Shown here: positions 29,590 through 39,270 of the stretch, one piece after another
Layout: every line of letters begins with the position of its first letter
How positions within the stretch are numbered: the first letter of the stretch is position 1
Source: Candidatus Eiseniibacteriota bacterium
GTDB taxonomy: Bacteria; Eisenbacteria; RBG-16-71-46
Direction: 5' to 3'
DNA length: 53,224 nt
Assembly (NCBI GenBank): GCA_038231135.1
Contig: JBBRLX010000031.1
Coordinates: 1-53,224 of the forward strand
Position numbers and translations under genes: made by a program
Notes under the pieces: generated by a model
The model's database searches: none
The model's input: the letters and a program-made list of their open reading frames with translations, nothing else
Told to the model about the DNA's origin: nothing

Positions 29590-30144
29590 TCAGGACGGTG
29601 CTTCATTCAGGTAGGTCGTCACCGCGGTCTCGCCGTAACGCCGTGAACGCGACTGCACGAGAGTGCCCGCGCGCTCGGGCAGCTCATCACGCGTGTGATG
29701 CTCCGCCACCACGCGCGCGCCGCTTCGCAGCCACCCGGCGCCGAGCCGTTCCACCGCGGCCGTCGCGAGCCCCAGCCGGTACGGCGGATCGAGCAACACC
29801 AGATGTGCGGCGCCGAGCGCCGCTCGCAGCGGCTTCAAGCCCAGCGTCAGATCCAGGGTCCAAACCGTTGCGAGATCGTCGAGTCCGAGGCGGGTCAGGT
29901 TGCCGCGGAGCACCGCCACCGCCGAACCCCGCCGCTCGACGAAGTCGGCGTGCGAAGCGCCCCGCGACAGCGCCTCGATGCCCAGCGCCCCCGAGCCCGC
30001 GTAGAGATCGACGACCCGCAGCCCGGTGAGCGGTTCGAGCGCCATGAACAGCGCCTCGCGCACCCGATCGGACGTCGGTCGTGTCTCGCTCCCGCGCGGA
30101 GCTTCGAGCTTGCGCCCTCCCAGCGATCCCGCGATCACGCGCAC
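29590..30144 (-). CDS. rsmD: 16S rRNA m2G966 methyltransferase RsmD
   Basis: MRVIAG, RPTSDRVREALF, DLYAGSGALGIEALSRGA and DPPY motifs. Confidence 0.96.
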   Translation of the reverse strand: MRVIAGSLGGRKLEAPRGSETRPTSDRVREALFMALEPLTGLRVVDLYAGSGALGIEALSRGASHADFVERRGSAVAVLRGNLTRLGLDDLATVWTLDLTLGLKPLRAALGAAHLVLLDPPYRLGLATAAVERLGAGWLRSGARVVAEHHTRDELPERAGTLVQSRSRRYGETAVTTYLNEAPS

Positions 30145-30155
30145 TTGAGCCCGCG

Positions 30156-30185
30156 AGTCTCACCCACTGCTTCGAAGGGTGTCAA
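30156..30185 (-). promoter_or_regulatory. Putative sigma-70 promoter for rsmD-coaD-pta
   Basis: TTGACA-18 nt-GAGACT on the minus strand, ending 11 nt above the GTG start. Confidence 0.45.
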
Positions 30186-30286
30186 GCGCTTGCGGTGCTT
30201 GCGCATCCGTGAGTGGACCTGCCGCGCCGCGCCCGCCGTCCGTCACGCGTGCGATCGACAGGCGTAGGGGGTATCGCGCGGCGTGA

Positions 30287-30919
30287 TCAGTGGAGCGGCA
30301 CCACCGCGAAGCCGGGCGGCGCCTCGAGCACGAACGCGGCGGGGCCCTTCGGCTTCGCGAACGTCCAGCCGCGAAACCGGTAGCGGGCGGCGGCCCCCGG
30401 CGTGTCCTCCACCTCGAGCACCAGCGGCAGGCCGTTCGGCCCGAGCGTGATCGTCGCGTGGTCCTCGGGCAGCCCGTCGCGTGCCGCCGCCGTGACCGTC
30501 CAGCGGCGCGGCCCCGCCTTCACCGCCGAGAACGCGGCAGGATCGGCGCCGAGCAGGAACCGCCACCAGCGGTAGGCGCCCGAGGCGTCGCCGGCCGAAA
30601 ACCGGATCATCTGCTTCAGGTTGGGCTCGAGCCACTCGCCGCCGTCGGCACGCAGCGTGAGCCGCTCGCCGGTCTGCGTGAATTCGAGCCGAGCGCGATC
30701 CGGCCATTCGAGCGCGAGCCGTCCCGGCACCACGCGCGCCGCCCCCGACATCGGATCCGTGCCCTCACGTTCGAGCCGGGTCTCGGCGCGGCCGCTCGCG
30801 CGCAGCCGGCTCGCGAACGCCGTCATCACCGGCGCGACCGGCCGGGCGGGCGCCGGCGCGGGGCGCAGCACGAACAGGATTGCGACGGCGATCGCACCCC
30901 GCACGGCGCGCGCGCTCAC
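30287..30919 (-). CDS. LolA-like outer-membrane lipoprotein carrier
   Basis: Signal peptide. GRLALEWPDRARLEF..DGGEWLEPNLKQ and the C-terminal F..PPG pattern match LolA. Confidence 0.75.
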   Translation of the reverse strand: MSARAVRGAIAVAILFVLRPAPAPARPVAPVMTAFASRLRASGRAETRLEREGTDPMSGAARVVPGRLALEWPDRARLEFTQTGERLTLRADGGEWLEPNLKQMIRFSAGDASGAYRWWRFLLGADPAAFSAVKAGPRRWTVTAAARDGLPEDHATITLGPNGLPLVLEVEDTPGAAARYRFRGWTFAKPKGPAAFVLEAPPGFAVVPLH

Positions 30920-31764
30920 AGCTTGCCCAGCCGGGCGATCGCGCGCCTCAGATCGTCGCGCGTGACCCGCGCAGCGCCCGCGGGCACGGCGACCATCAGC
31001 CGCGACCGATCGGGGGCGCGGCGGAACGTCACGTTCTGGACGTGGCAGCGCAGCCCGTAGTCGCCGGTGGCATCCGCCACTTCGAGCGCCGACGGCCACA
31101 GCACGCCGTCCCACGTGCTCCACCCTAAGTAGTCCGCGCGCGCCCCGCCGTGCCCCTCGCGATCGAACGCCACGCTGCGCGGCAGCCCGTTGCTGCCGAC
31201 CGCGAGCCGCACGCTGTCGCCCTGTTCCATCCAGCGCAGCATCAGCAGCGAATCGTCCCAGGTCGCAGACTTCCACGCCGCGGCCGGCGGGACCCACGCT
31301 GCGCTCCACAGCCGGTAGCCGAGCCGGCCGGGATCGGCGACGCCCAGCGAATCGCCGGCACTCTCGGTGGTGAGCGCCATCCGGCGCGGCGGCACGTAGG
31401 CGGTCACCGAATCGCCGCGCGCCGACACGTCGAGCGCGATGCCGAACAGCGACCCCACGCGCATGCGGAACCCGTCGGGGCCCACGAGCAGCAGCCGCGC
31501 CTGTACGCCCGGCAGGTCCGGCAGCTTGGAGCCGCTGGCCCAGGCGTTGAGCTCGGCCTCGGCCGCGAGGTGCGAGGTGCGACCCACGATCGCGGCCTCG
31601 AAACGCGCGCGGCGCGGCGCCTCGGCCAGCTCCGGCACCACGACCGGCCGCGGTGCGCAGCCCTGGTAGCCGAGCGCCGCGGTGGCGATCAACACGAGCC
31701 ACCCGCCGCCGGCGCGCCGGCCAATCACGCCCCCCCGCCGCGAGCCCACCCGCCGCACGCTCAC
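30916..31764 (-). CDS. Lipoprotein, LolB/DUF4292-like
   Basis: Hydrophobic stretch ending in YQG-C. GPDGFRMRVGSLFG..GDSVTAYVP resembles LolA/LolB-fold DUF4292 proteins. Confidence 0.55.
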   Translation of the reverse strand: MSVRRVGSRRGGVIGRRAGGGWLVLIATAALGYQGCAPRPVVVPELAEAPRRARFEAAIVGRTSHLAAEAELNAWASGSKLPDLPGVQARLLLVGPDGFRMRVGSLFGIALDVSARGDSVTAYVPPRRMALTTESAGDSLGVADPGRLGYRLWSAAWVPPAAAWKSATWDDSLLMLRWMEQGDSVRLAVGSNGLPRSVAFDREGHGGARADYLGWSTWDGVLWPSALEVADATGDYGLRCHVQNVTFRRAPDRSRLMVAVPAGAARVTRDDLRRAIARLGKL

Positions 31765-32288
31765 GCGCCCCGCCCCGCGAGGCTCGCGAGCACCAGCCCG
31801 GCGACCGCGTCCGGCGAGTGGCGCGAGCTGTCGAGCCTCACGATCGACACCGCGGCGTAGCCTGGGGCGCGCTCCGCGAGCAGCGCCGCGAGCCGCGGCT
31901 CCGCCGGCCCGTCGCCGAGCAGCGGCCGCCGGGCGCTGGTGGCCGCGACGCGCTGCGCCGCGATGGCGGGCGCGACGTCGAGCCACACAGTGTGGCAGCG
32001 CTCGCGCAGCAGCTCGCGGTTGCGCTCGCCGAGCGCCACGCCGCCGCCGCAGGCGATCGCGTCGAGCCGTTCGCCGAGCGCACGCTCCAGCTCCGCGGTC
32101 TCGAGACTGCGGAACGCGGGCTCGCCCTGCGCTTCGAACAACGCGGCGATCGCGACGCCGGCGCGGGCTTCGATGCGGGCGTCCAGGTCCAGCACCGGGC
32201 CGTCGCAGCGGCGGCCCAGCGCCTCGGCCACGGCGCTCTTGCCGGCCCCCATCAGTCCCACCAGCGCGATCGGCTTCACGAGGCCCAT
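31761..32288 (-). CDS. aroK: Shikimate kinase
   Basis: GLMGAGKS, DLD, GEPAFR, CGGGV and RPLL motifs. Usual position after pilQ. Confidence 0.95.
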   Translation of the reverse strand: MGLVKPIALVGLMGAGKSAVAEALGRRCDGPVLDLDARIEARAGVAIAALFEAQGEPAFRSLETAELERALGERLDAIACGGGVALGERNRELLRERCHTVWLDVAPAIAAQRVAATSARRPLLGDGPAEPRLAALLAERAPGYAAVSIVRLDSSRHSPDAVAGLVLASLAGRGA

Positions 32289-32378
32289 CGGCCGAGCCTA
32301 GCACGGCGGCCGCGACATTCCCGCCGGCGGCGCGGGGAATTGACCGGGGCTTGAGCCGGTCCAGGAGCCGGCCCCGCG

Positions 32379-32421
32379 GCCCAACGCGAACGGGCCGCCG
32401 GGGAGAACCCCGGCGGCCCGT
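32379..32421 (-). terminator. Hairpin after pilQ (probable terminator or processing site)
   Basis: 14-bp perfect stem ACGGGCCGCCGGGG/CCCCGGCGGCCCGT with a 4-nt loop and a weak U tail. Confidence 0.65.
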
Positions 32422-32440
32422 GATGACGCGTGAGACTCGG

Positions 32441-33826
32441 TCAGTGGCTGTCGTGCGTATCGTGGCTGCTTTCGTTCGACGCGGTCGGATTCACGAGCCG
32501 CGGGGTCACGAAGATGATCAGCTCGCGATTCTGCTTCACCATGTTGTCCGACCGGAACAGCGCACCCAGCAGCGGCAGGTCCTTGAGCAGCGGAATGCCG
32601 TGGCGCACCGTCGAGGTGTTCGTGCGGATGAGTCCGCCGATGACCGCGGTCTCGCCGTCGTCGACCATCACACGCGTGTCCGCCTCGCTGGTGTTGATGA
32701 TGACACCACCCTGCACCGTGCTCTGCGCCGACAGGTCGCTGACCTCGGGATGCAGATCGAGCACGATCTTCTTGTCGGACGCCAGATGCGGCGTCACGCG
32801 CAGCTGGATGCCGATCGTCTGCAGCTGCGACACCGGGTTGCCCGCGATGTCGTTCACGATCAGCGGAATCTTCTGGCCGACGACGATCTTCGCCTCGCGA
32901 TTGTCGACCGTCGTGATACGCGGATTCGAGATGATGTTGGCCTTGCGATTCTGCTCCAGCAGCTGGAGCTGGGCCTCGATGCCGCCCCACGACTTGATGA
33001 TGCCGTAGTTGAGCGTGGTGGTCGGATCGGCCACCGGCGACGTATGCTGGGCGCCCAGGAAGTTGTTCTTGTCACCGCCCGGCGTCAGCGGCGGGAACTG
33101 CAGCGGCTGGCCGCTGGGATCCTCCCAGAACTTCGACTTCACACCCACGCCCCACTCGATGCCGACGCCGCGCAGCGCTTCCGCGTCGACGTCGACCAGC
33201 TTCGCCGTGATCTCGATCTGCGGCGTCGTGGTGTCGAGCGCGGACGCCATCTTCTCGATCTTGGCGACGTTGTCCTCGAGGTCGGTGATGATGATCGAGT
33301 TCGTGCGCGCCTCGACCACGATGCTGCCGCGCTTGCCCATGGACGGCTGCAGCGACGCGGCGAGATCCACGGCCTTCGCGTAGTCGAGCTTGACGATGCG
33401 CGTCTGCAGCGGAATCGTCTCCTCCTGCTTGGTCCGCGCGACCTCGCGGTCGGTGGCCTCACCCTGCAGCTTCGACGCCGTGTCGACGCGCAGGATGCCG
33501 CCCTCCTCGACGTAGTCGAGGCCGTTGCTGCGCAGCACCGTGCGCAGCGCGTCGCGCCAGCCGACGTTCTTGAGCGTGACCGTGACGGTCGCCTTGGTGT
33601 TTTCCGCGACCACGATGTTACGGCCGCTGAACTCCGCGATCGCCTTCACCACGGTGCGAATGTCGGCGCCGTCGACGTCGAGGCTGAACGAGCCCTCACC
33701 GGTGCGCTCGAGTCCCACTTCCTGCATGGCGGTCGGCTGATACGCGGCACGTGCCGGAACCGCCGAAACCACCGCCAGCGCCAAGGCGCCGAGAATGAGG
33801 CCGCTAAGGCCTTTACCGAATCGCAT
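32441..33826 (-). CDS. pilQ: Type IV pilus secretin PilQ
   Basis: SLDVDGADIRTV (N0), RTNSIIITD (N3), PQIEITAKLV, NPRITTVDN, IPLLKDLPLLGALFR and ELIIFVTP motifs. Confidence 0.95.
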   Translation of the reverse strand: MRFGKGLSGLILGALALAVVSAVPARAAYQPTAMQEVGLERTGEGSFSLDVDGADIRTVVKAIAEFSGRNIVVAENTKATVTVTLKNVGWRDALRTVLRSNGLDYVEEGGILRVDTASKLQGEATDREVARTKQEETIPLQTRIVKLDYAKAVDLAASLQPSMGKRGSIVVEARTNSIIITDLEDNVAKIEKMASALDTTTPQIEITAKLVDVDAEALRGVGIEWGVGVKSKFWEDPSGQPLQFPPLTPGGDKNNFLGAQHTSPVADPTTTLNYGIIKSWGGIEAQLQLLEQNRKANIISNPRITTVDNREAKIVVGQKIPLIVNDIAGNPVSQLQTIGIQLRVTPHLASDKKIVLDLHPEVSDLSAQSTVQGGVIINTSEADTRVMVDDGETAVIGGLIRTNTSTVRHGIPLLKDLPLLGALFRSDNMVKQNRELIIFVTPRLVNPTASNESSHDTHDSH

Positions 33827-34649
33827 TCGTCTGATCCCCCTTACGAGTCAGTGGGATCGCCACCGACTGTGACTGTCCGTCCATCGTGAGCTTGACGATC
33901 ATGGCGTCGCGCTTCAGGTCCTCGACAAAACCGTTCATGACCTTGTCGCCGCGCCGCAGGATCAGACTGTTGCCGCGTCCATCCTCGACGAGCGCGAACG
34001 AATCTGCGCCCCATACAATTCCCACCACCTTGATTCCGCCGACATCGACGGGCGCGTCGCCGCCCACGTCGCTGCCGATGAACGAACCCACCTCCTGCAC
34101 GAACGGATCGCGCCGGCCGATGGTGTTGTACTGGTAGTGGATCTGATCCTCGACCGGGGTCGCGGTCTGCACGGCCGGGGTCTTGAGGTTCGTGGCCGCA
34201 CGCAGCCGCCTCACGGCGACGCTCTCCACCGGGTGCGCCGAAGCGACGCTGGCGGACGTGGTCGTCGTGGTGGTCGTGGTCGTCCTGGCCACGAGCGCCG
34301 TGCCGCGCGGAGCCGGACCCTGCACCGGCAGGGGTGCGGTACCGTTCGCCGTTCGCGGACCCTGCAGCGGCGCCATTGTCGCCGGCGGGGTCGTCACGGC
34401 ATGCGCCACCGTCTTCGTCACGGTGGTCTTCGTGGCGGTCGTCTTCGTGCCGGTGGTCTTCACGGCGGTTGCGGTTGCCGTCACCGTCGTCGTCTTCGCG
34501 ACCGTCGCGGCGGCTTCCGCCCCGTCGGGGCTGAGCCAGCCACCGGTCTCGCGCAGGACCACGGCTCCGGCGCCTCCCACCAGGATGCCGGCAGCCAGGA
34601 TGCCGGCGACCGCGCGCACACGAACGCGGAGGTGATCAGGACTTGCCAT
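33813..34649 (-). CDS. pilP: PilP-like pilus assembly protein with a Thr-rich linker
   Basis: Located between pilO and pilQ. YNTIGRRDPF and IKVVGIVWG..ALVED..G motifs. Confidence 0.8.
   Translation of the reverse strand: MASPDHLRVRVRAVAGILAAGILVGGAGAVVLRETGGWLSPDGAEAAATVAKTTTVTATATAVKTTGTKTTATKTTVTKTVAHAVTTPPATMAPLQGPRTANGTAPLPVQGPAPRGTALVARTTTTTTTTTSASVASAHPVESVAVRRLRAATNLKTPAVQTATPVEDQIHYQYNTIGRRDPFVQEVGSFIGSDVGGDAPVDVGGIKVVGIVWGADSFALVEDGRGNSLILRRGDKVMNGFVEDLKRDAMIVKLTMDGQSQSVAIPLTRKGDQTNAIR
34411..34470. repeat. Imperfect 15-bp tandem repeat, 4 copies, encoding KTTxT units
   Basis: GTCTTCGTCACGGTG GTCTTCGTGGCGGTC GTCTTCGTGCCGGTG GTCTTCACGGCGGTT. Confidence 0.75.
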
Positions 34650-35289
34650 GTTCGTCCTCCTTCTTCTTCGTGGTGGCAGCCGCGGGTGTCGTTCCCGGCG
34701 TCGGGACCGCTGAACTCGTGGTGAGCTGATAGATCGATGCGGTCAACTCGGCCGCGGTGGTCGTCGTGGTCTTCGCGCGGACGTTCGTCTTGAGCTGCAC
34801 GTCGGCCACGGTCACGATCCGCCGCATGTTCGCGAGGTCGGCCATGAACGATCCGATCTGGTGGTAGTTGCCGAACACCGACAGGTGGATCGGCGTCTCC
34901 GTGTAGTGGTCCGCGACCTTGGGGCCGCCCGGATGGAACATCATGAACTCGACGCCGTTCTGCTGCGCCGACAGCGTGATGCGCCGCATCATCACGGGCA
35001 GCTCGCGGTCGACCGGCAACAGCTCGGCCGATTCCGTCCAGCGTTCGTGCTGGTGGGCGTACTCGGCCTCGAACCGCGGCAGATCCGCGACCGTGGCCCG
35101 CGCACGGGACAGGTCGGTGGCTTTCTTCTCGTAGTCGGCCTTCAGCGCCTCGATCCGCGCGCGCTGATTGGGGTACCCGAACGGCAGGAAATGCGTGAAG
35201 AAGAACACGGCGAGGAGGCTCGTGCCCGCCACCAGGCACAACAGGGCCTTCTGTACCGCCGGGCTCTTGATATCGATGGCAGCCATCAT
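34636..35289 (-). CDS. pilO: Type IV pilus assembly protein PilO
   Basis: Single TM helix, LLPVDRELP and GNYHQIGSFMADLANMRRIV motifs. Confidence 0.92.
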   Translation of the reverse strand: MMAAIDIKSPAVQKALLCLVAGTSLLAVFFFTHFLPFGYPNQRARIEALKADYEKKATDLSRARATVADLPRFEAEYAHQHERWTESAELLPVDRELPVMMRRITLSAQQNGVEFMMFHPGGPKVADHYTETPIHLSVFGNYHQIGSFMADLANMRRIVTVADVQLKTNVRAKTTTTTAAELTASIYQLTTSSAVPTPGTTPAAATTKKKEDEHGKS

Positions 35290-35294
35290 TCCTC

Positions 35295-35864
35295 CTAGTT
35301 CGCCGGCTGGTCGGGGGTCACCCGGCAGCTGATGCGAAACTTCACCACGTCATGATCGGCAAGCTGAGTGCGATCGGCGTATTCCAGCTCCACGCCCGCG
35401 AACAGCGGAGAGCGCTCGAGCCGCGACATGAAGTCGGACACGACCAGGTTCGAGAACGTCGCGCCTTCGAGCGATATTCCACCGCCCTGCTCGCTCAGCG
35501 CCGTGAGCCATAGATGGTCGGGCATGCAGTTCGACGCCTCGTCCAGCGTGTGGACGCTCAGCGTGCGGCCGTGCTGCAGCTTGTTGGTGATGCCGATGCG
35601 CAGGTCGAGCTCGGCGCGCTCCTGCGCCAGCTTGTTGACCCGTTCGATTTGCGGCGCGAGCGCGCGCGACTCTTCCTCGACCTTCGCGATGTCCGCGGTG
35701 AGCGCCTGGATCTTCGCGCGCTGGGCGAACGCCGTGCCGCCGAACACGAGCCCGACCGCCAGCAGCACCGCGATCGGCAGGAACAGCTCGCCGACCTTCG
35801 GCAGGTTGATGTTGACCTCGCGGTGCGCCTTCTCCTCGCGCGGGAGCAGATTGATGCGGATCAT
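35295..35864 (-). CDS. pilN: Type IV pilus assembly protein PilN
   Basis: MIRINLLP start, TM helix, MPDHLWLT and FMSRLERSPLF motifs. Confidence 0.93.
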   Translation of the reverse strand: MIRINLLPREEKAHREVNINLPKVGELFLPIAVLLAVGLVFGGTAFAQRAKIQALTADIAKVEEESRALAPQIERVNKLAQERAELDLRIGITNKLQHGRTLSVHTLDEASNCMPDHLWLTALSEQGGGISLEGATFSNLVVSDFMSRLERSPLFAGVELEYADRTQLADHDVVKFRISCRVTPDQPAN

Positions 35865-36913
35865 TTCTTGTCTCCCAGGCGGCGCAATGCGAGCCCGATG
35901 CCGACGGTGAGCAACGGCGCCACCTTCATGACGTCCTGCCCAGCGAACAGCGCCGGATCGTAGGCGACGCGCGACAGAGGATTGGCGATTTCGGCCGGAA
36001 CGTTGAACCGGCGCTGCAGATACTCCTTGAGGCCGGGGGTGAGCGAACTGCCCCCGCACATCATGATTCGCGAGATCGCGCCGGCCTCGCCGGCGGTGCG
36101 CAGGTACGCCTGCGCCCGCTCGAGCGCGAGTGCCAGGCCTTCGCAGGCCTGCTCGATCACAGGAACCATGTCGGGACTCTGGACGGCCTCGCCCCGCACC
36201 GCCGCCGCGGCTTCCGCCTGGCTGAGGTTGAACTTGCGCTGCGCGGCCTCGATGAACGTGTTGCCGCCGAGCTGCAGGTCCTTCGTGAAGTACGGGATGC
36301 CGGCCTGGATGATGTCGATGTTCGTGATCTCGGACCCGATGTTGAGGATCGCGGTCACCTCGTTGGGCTGGAAGTCGTAGTTCGCCTCCACCGCGTTCTG
36401 CACCGCGAACGAATCGACGTCCACGATGTACGGCTGCAGCCCGGCGTCGCGGATCAGGTCGCTGAACGACATCACCATGTCCTTCTTCGCGGCTACCAGC
36501 AGCACCTGCATCTGCTTGGGATCGTTCGGCGCGGGACCCAGGATCTCGAAGTCGAGCGACACGTCGTTGATGTCGTAAGGGACGTGCTGCTCGGCCTCCC
36601 AGTAGACGGCCTGCTGAGCGTCCTCGGGCGACAGCGTGTTCATCAGGATCTTCTTCACGATCACGGCGCGGCCACTCACGGCGGCGACGACGGTGCGCGA
36701 CTTGATGCCGCGCGTTTCGAGCAGGTTCGAGATGGCATCGGTGACGAGCTGGCGATCCATGATCTCGCCGTCCACGATGGCTTCGCCGAGCGGGGCCGAA
36801 ATTCCCCAGTTCGCGAGCCGGTAGCCCTTGCCCGTGGCTTCGAGCTCGACGGCCTTGATCGTGTGGCTACCGATATCCAGCCCCACGAGCGATGGTTTCT
36901 TTCCGAAAAGCAT
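35861..36913 (-). CDS. pilM: Type IV pilus assembly protein PilM
   Basis: VGLDIGSHTIKAVEL, EAEQHVPY, VLLVAAKK, CGGSS and GLALR motifs. ATG at 36913 with AGGGAG RBS. Confidence 0.96.
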   Translation of the reverse strand: MLFGKKPSLVGLDIGSHTIKAVELEATGKGYRLANWGISAPLGEAIVDGEIMDRQLVTDAISNLLETRGIKSRTVVAAVSGRAVIVKKILMNTLSPEDAQQAVYWEAEQHVPYDINDVSLDFEILGPAPNDPKQMQVLLVAAKKDMVMSFSDLIRDAGLQPYIVDVDSFAVQNAVEANYDFQPNEVTAILNIGSEITNIDIIQAGIPYFTKDLQLGGNTFIEAAQRKFNLSQAEAAAAVRGEAVQSPDMVPVIEQACEGLALALERAQAYLRTAGEAGAISRIMMCGGSSLTPGLKEYLQRRFNVPAEIANPLSRVAYDPALFAGQDVMKVAPLLTVGIGLALRRLGDKK

Positions 36914-37354
36914 TGTGTTCACTCCCTGGATGCGATCCGGTTGAGTCCGGCACGCTCGCTGGACCGTTGCCTCTCGCGTCTCGTTGCGCGGTGGGAATCA
37001 CCGCGGGTGAGGACCGGGTTCTATGTCCGAGTGATCGGATGAATTGACCCACACCTTGAATCGCGATTTGCGCGGTTCGCTCGCGGGTTTCCGTGCGGGA
37101 TGCACGGACCGCGACGCGGCTCCCTCGGCCCTTGGTCCGGCGACAATCGGCTGCGCGGCTTGAACATCCACCGCGCGACCCGACGAACCGGGCTGGGTAG
37201 CGCCGGACGTCATCGCATGGACCGTTCCGGCTCCCGGGGACACGCGGGCTGCCGGATACGGGCGTCGCGCATTCCATGGAGCGCCAAACTCCCGGCTCGC
37301 GGCTGCCGATGACTGGGAGAAATCACCCTCGAGGTCTTGGCCGTGGAGGACCGC

Positions 37355-39214
37355 ATGTCGCGCACCCATCGGAGCGCCCAGCTCGCCGTGCTCGTCGTGG
37401 CGTTGCTGGCGCGCCTGCTCTACCTCCAGCAGGTCGCGGCATTGCCGTTCTTCGACCACCAGGTCGGCGAGAGCGCCGTGCACATCGCGCTGGCGCAGAA
37501 CATCCTCCACGGCCGGCTGCTGCCCGACCGGCCGTTCTTCTACGCGAGCGTGCTGTACCCCTACTTCATCGCCGCCGTCTGCCGGCTGCCGTACGGCGGG
37601 CTGTGGCTCGTGTGCCTGATCCAGGTGCTGGCGGGCGTGCTGCTCACCTTCGTGCTGATGGCGCTGGCCACCCGGCTGTTCGGGCGCGCGGCAGGACTCG
37701 CCACCGGATTGCTCACGGCGCTCTATGGACCCTTCGCGTTTCTCGAGGCCGACATCGTGGGTTCGGTGTGGGGGCTCCTCGGGATCGCCACGGCGATGCT
37801 GCTGTGCGTCCGCTGGTCGGAGCGGTCGCCGCAAACCGAAGTCCGCTGGACCGGATTGCTGTTGGCCGGGCTGGCGCTAGGCTCGGCGGCCGCCGAGCGG
37901 CCCAACCTCGTCCTGCTGCTGCCTGCGATCGCCGGCTGGTGCGTGTGGCGCACGTTCCGCATCGCATCCGGCGCGGGTGCGTCGCGGCCGCGGCTCCCGG
38001 CACTGCTGCGGCCGGCCGTAGCGATCGGCGCCGGCGCGTGCCTGCCGCTGCTGCTCGTCACGGTCCTCAACTTCACCGCTTCCGGCGAGTGGATTCCGCT
38101 CGCGACCTCGCGGGGCCTCAACCTCTATATCGGCAACCATCCGGGTGCCGTCGGCACCTACGACGAACCGTGGGCCGCCTCCGCGGCCGAATTCAATGCC
38201 CGCCACAGCGAGCTCGAGGACTCGAGCCTGTTGATGGCCTCGAAGCTCGCCGGCCGGACCCTCACCCCGGAGCAGGCCTCCGGGCTGTGGACCGCGAAGG
38301 CGCTGGACTACATCCGCTCCCACCCCGGCCAGACCGCGGCCGTTACGGCGCGCAAGGCTGCGCTGCTGCTCAACAACGCCGAGGTGCCCAATCATCTCAA
38401 CTTCACGTTTCTCAGGGAGCGGGCGCCGGCGCTGTGGCTCATGCCCGTGGGCTTTGGCGTCGTATTCGCACTCGCGGTCGCCGGCGTGGGATTCCTGTGG
38501 GCGGAACGCCGCCGGCGCGGGGATCTGGTCCTGCTGCTGCTGGTGGCGGCGGTCGCCGGCGCGAGTGTGCTGCCATTCTTCGTCACCGAGCGCTACCGGG
38601 CGCCGCTGGTGCCATCGCTGCTGGTGCTCGCGGGTGCCGGCGCCGGCGCGATCGCGCACCGGTTGCGGCGGCCCAGGTCCTGGACTCCGCGTGCGCTGCG
38701 TGTGCTCGGCGCCGCCACTGCGGCCGCCTGCTTCAGCATCATTCCGTTGTCGCGCCCCTATCTGTCGCGGGACTACTGGATGTTCGCGCAGGCGTACGCG
38801 GCCCGCGGCGATCTGCCGGCGGCCGCCCACGCCTATGAGGCGGCCGTGCAGGCCGGCGGAGACGATGGCGAGCTGCTCAACAACCTCGGGCTGACGTATC
38901 GGGCGCTCGGCCGGCGGGATCGTGCCGAGGCGGCGCTGCGCCGCGCCACCCGGGTGGCACCCGCGCTGGCGTACCCGCACAAGAATCTCGGGATGTTGTT
39001 GATCTCGAACGCCAAGCCCGCCGAGGCGATGGCCGAGCTGACGGCGGCCGCCCGCATCGAGCCGGACGATGCCGAGACCCAGGCGGCGATCGGAGCGCTG
39101 TACGCCGAACGCGGAGACCGCACGGCGGCCGCGGCGGCGTTCGCGAGGTCACGACGGCTCGCACCCGGTGACGCGCGGCTCGCGAGGCTGATCCGGCACT
39201 ATCTGGTGGACTGA
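37355..39214 (+). CDS. Polytopic GT-C glycosyltransferase (ArnT/PMT-like) with C-terminal TPRs
   Basis: Many TM helices, LYPYF, ERPN, GLNLYIGNHPGAVG and FFVTERYRAP motifs, then TPRs (LLNNLGLTY, HKNLGMLL). ATG with GGAGGA RBS. Confidence 0.8.
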   Translation: MSRTHRSAQLAVLVVALLARLLYLQQVAALPFFDHQVGESAVHIALAQNILHGRLLPDRPFFYASVLYPYFIAAVCRLPYGGLWLVCLIQVLAGVLLTFVLMALATRLFGRAAGLATGLLTALYGPFAFLEADIVGSVWGLLGIATAMLLCVRWSERSPQTEVRWTGLLLAGLALGSAAAERPNLVLLLPAIAGWCVWRTFRIASGAGASRPRLPALLRPAVAIGAGACLPLLLVTVLNFTASGEWIPLATSRGLNLYIGNHPGAVGTYDEPWAASAAEFNARHSELEDSSLLMASKLAGRTLTPEQASGLWTAKALDYIRSHPGQTAAVTARKAALLLNNAEVPNHLNFTFLRERAPALWLMPVGFGVVFALAVAGVGFLWAERRRRGDLVLLLLVAAVAGASVLPFFVTERYRAPLVPSLLVLAGAGAGAIAHRLRRPRSWTPRALRVLGAATAAACFSIIPLSRPYLSRDYWMFAQAYAARGDLPAAAHAYEAAVQAGGDDGELLNNLGLTYRALGRRDRAEAALRRATRVAPALAYPHKNLGMLLISNAKPAEAMAELTAAARIEPDDAETQAAIGALYAERGDRTAAAAAFARSRRLAPGDARLARLIRHYLVD

Positions 39215-39270
39215 GGAGTTCCCCGGTGCGGCGGCATCCGGTATCGGAGCCGGCGGGCGACCCGTAGGCT

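Noticed and set aside
37040..37110. c-di-GMP-I riboswitch upstream of pilM (GGAAACC...CGCAAA on the minus strand)
   Set aside because: The P2 pairing and spacing do not fit. A covariance-model hit would be needed.
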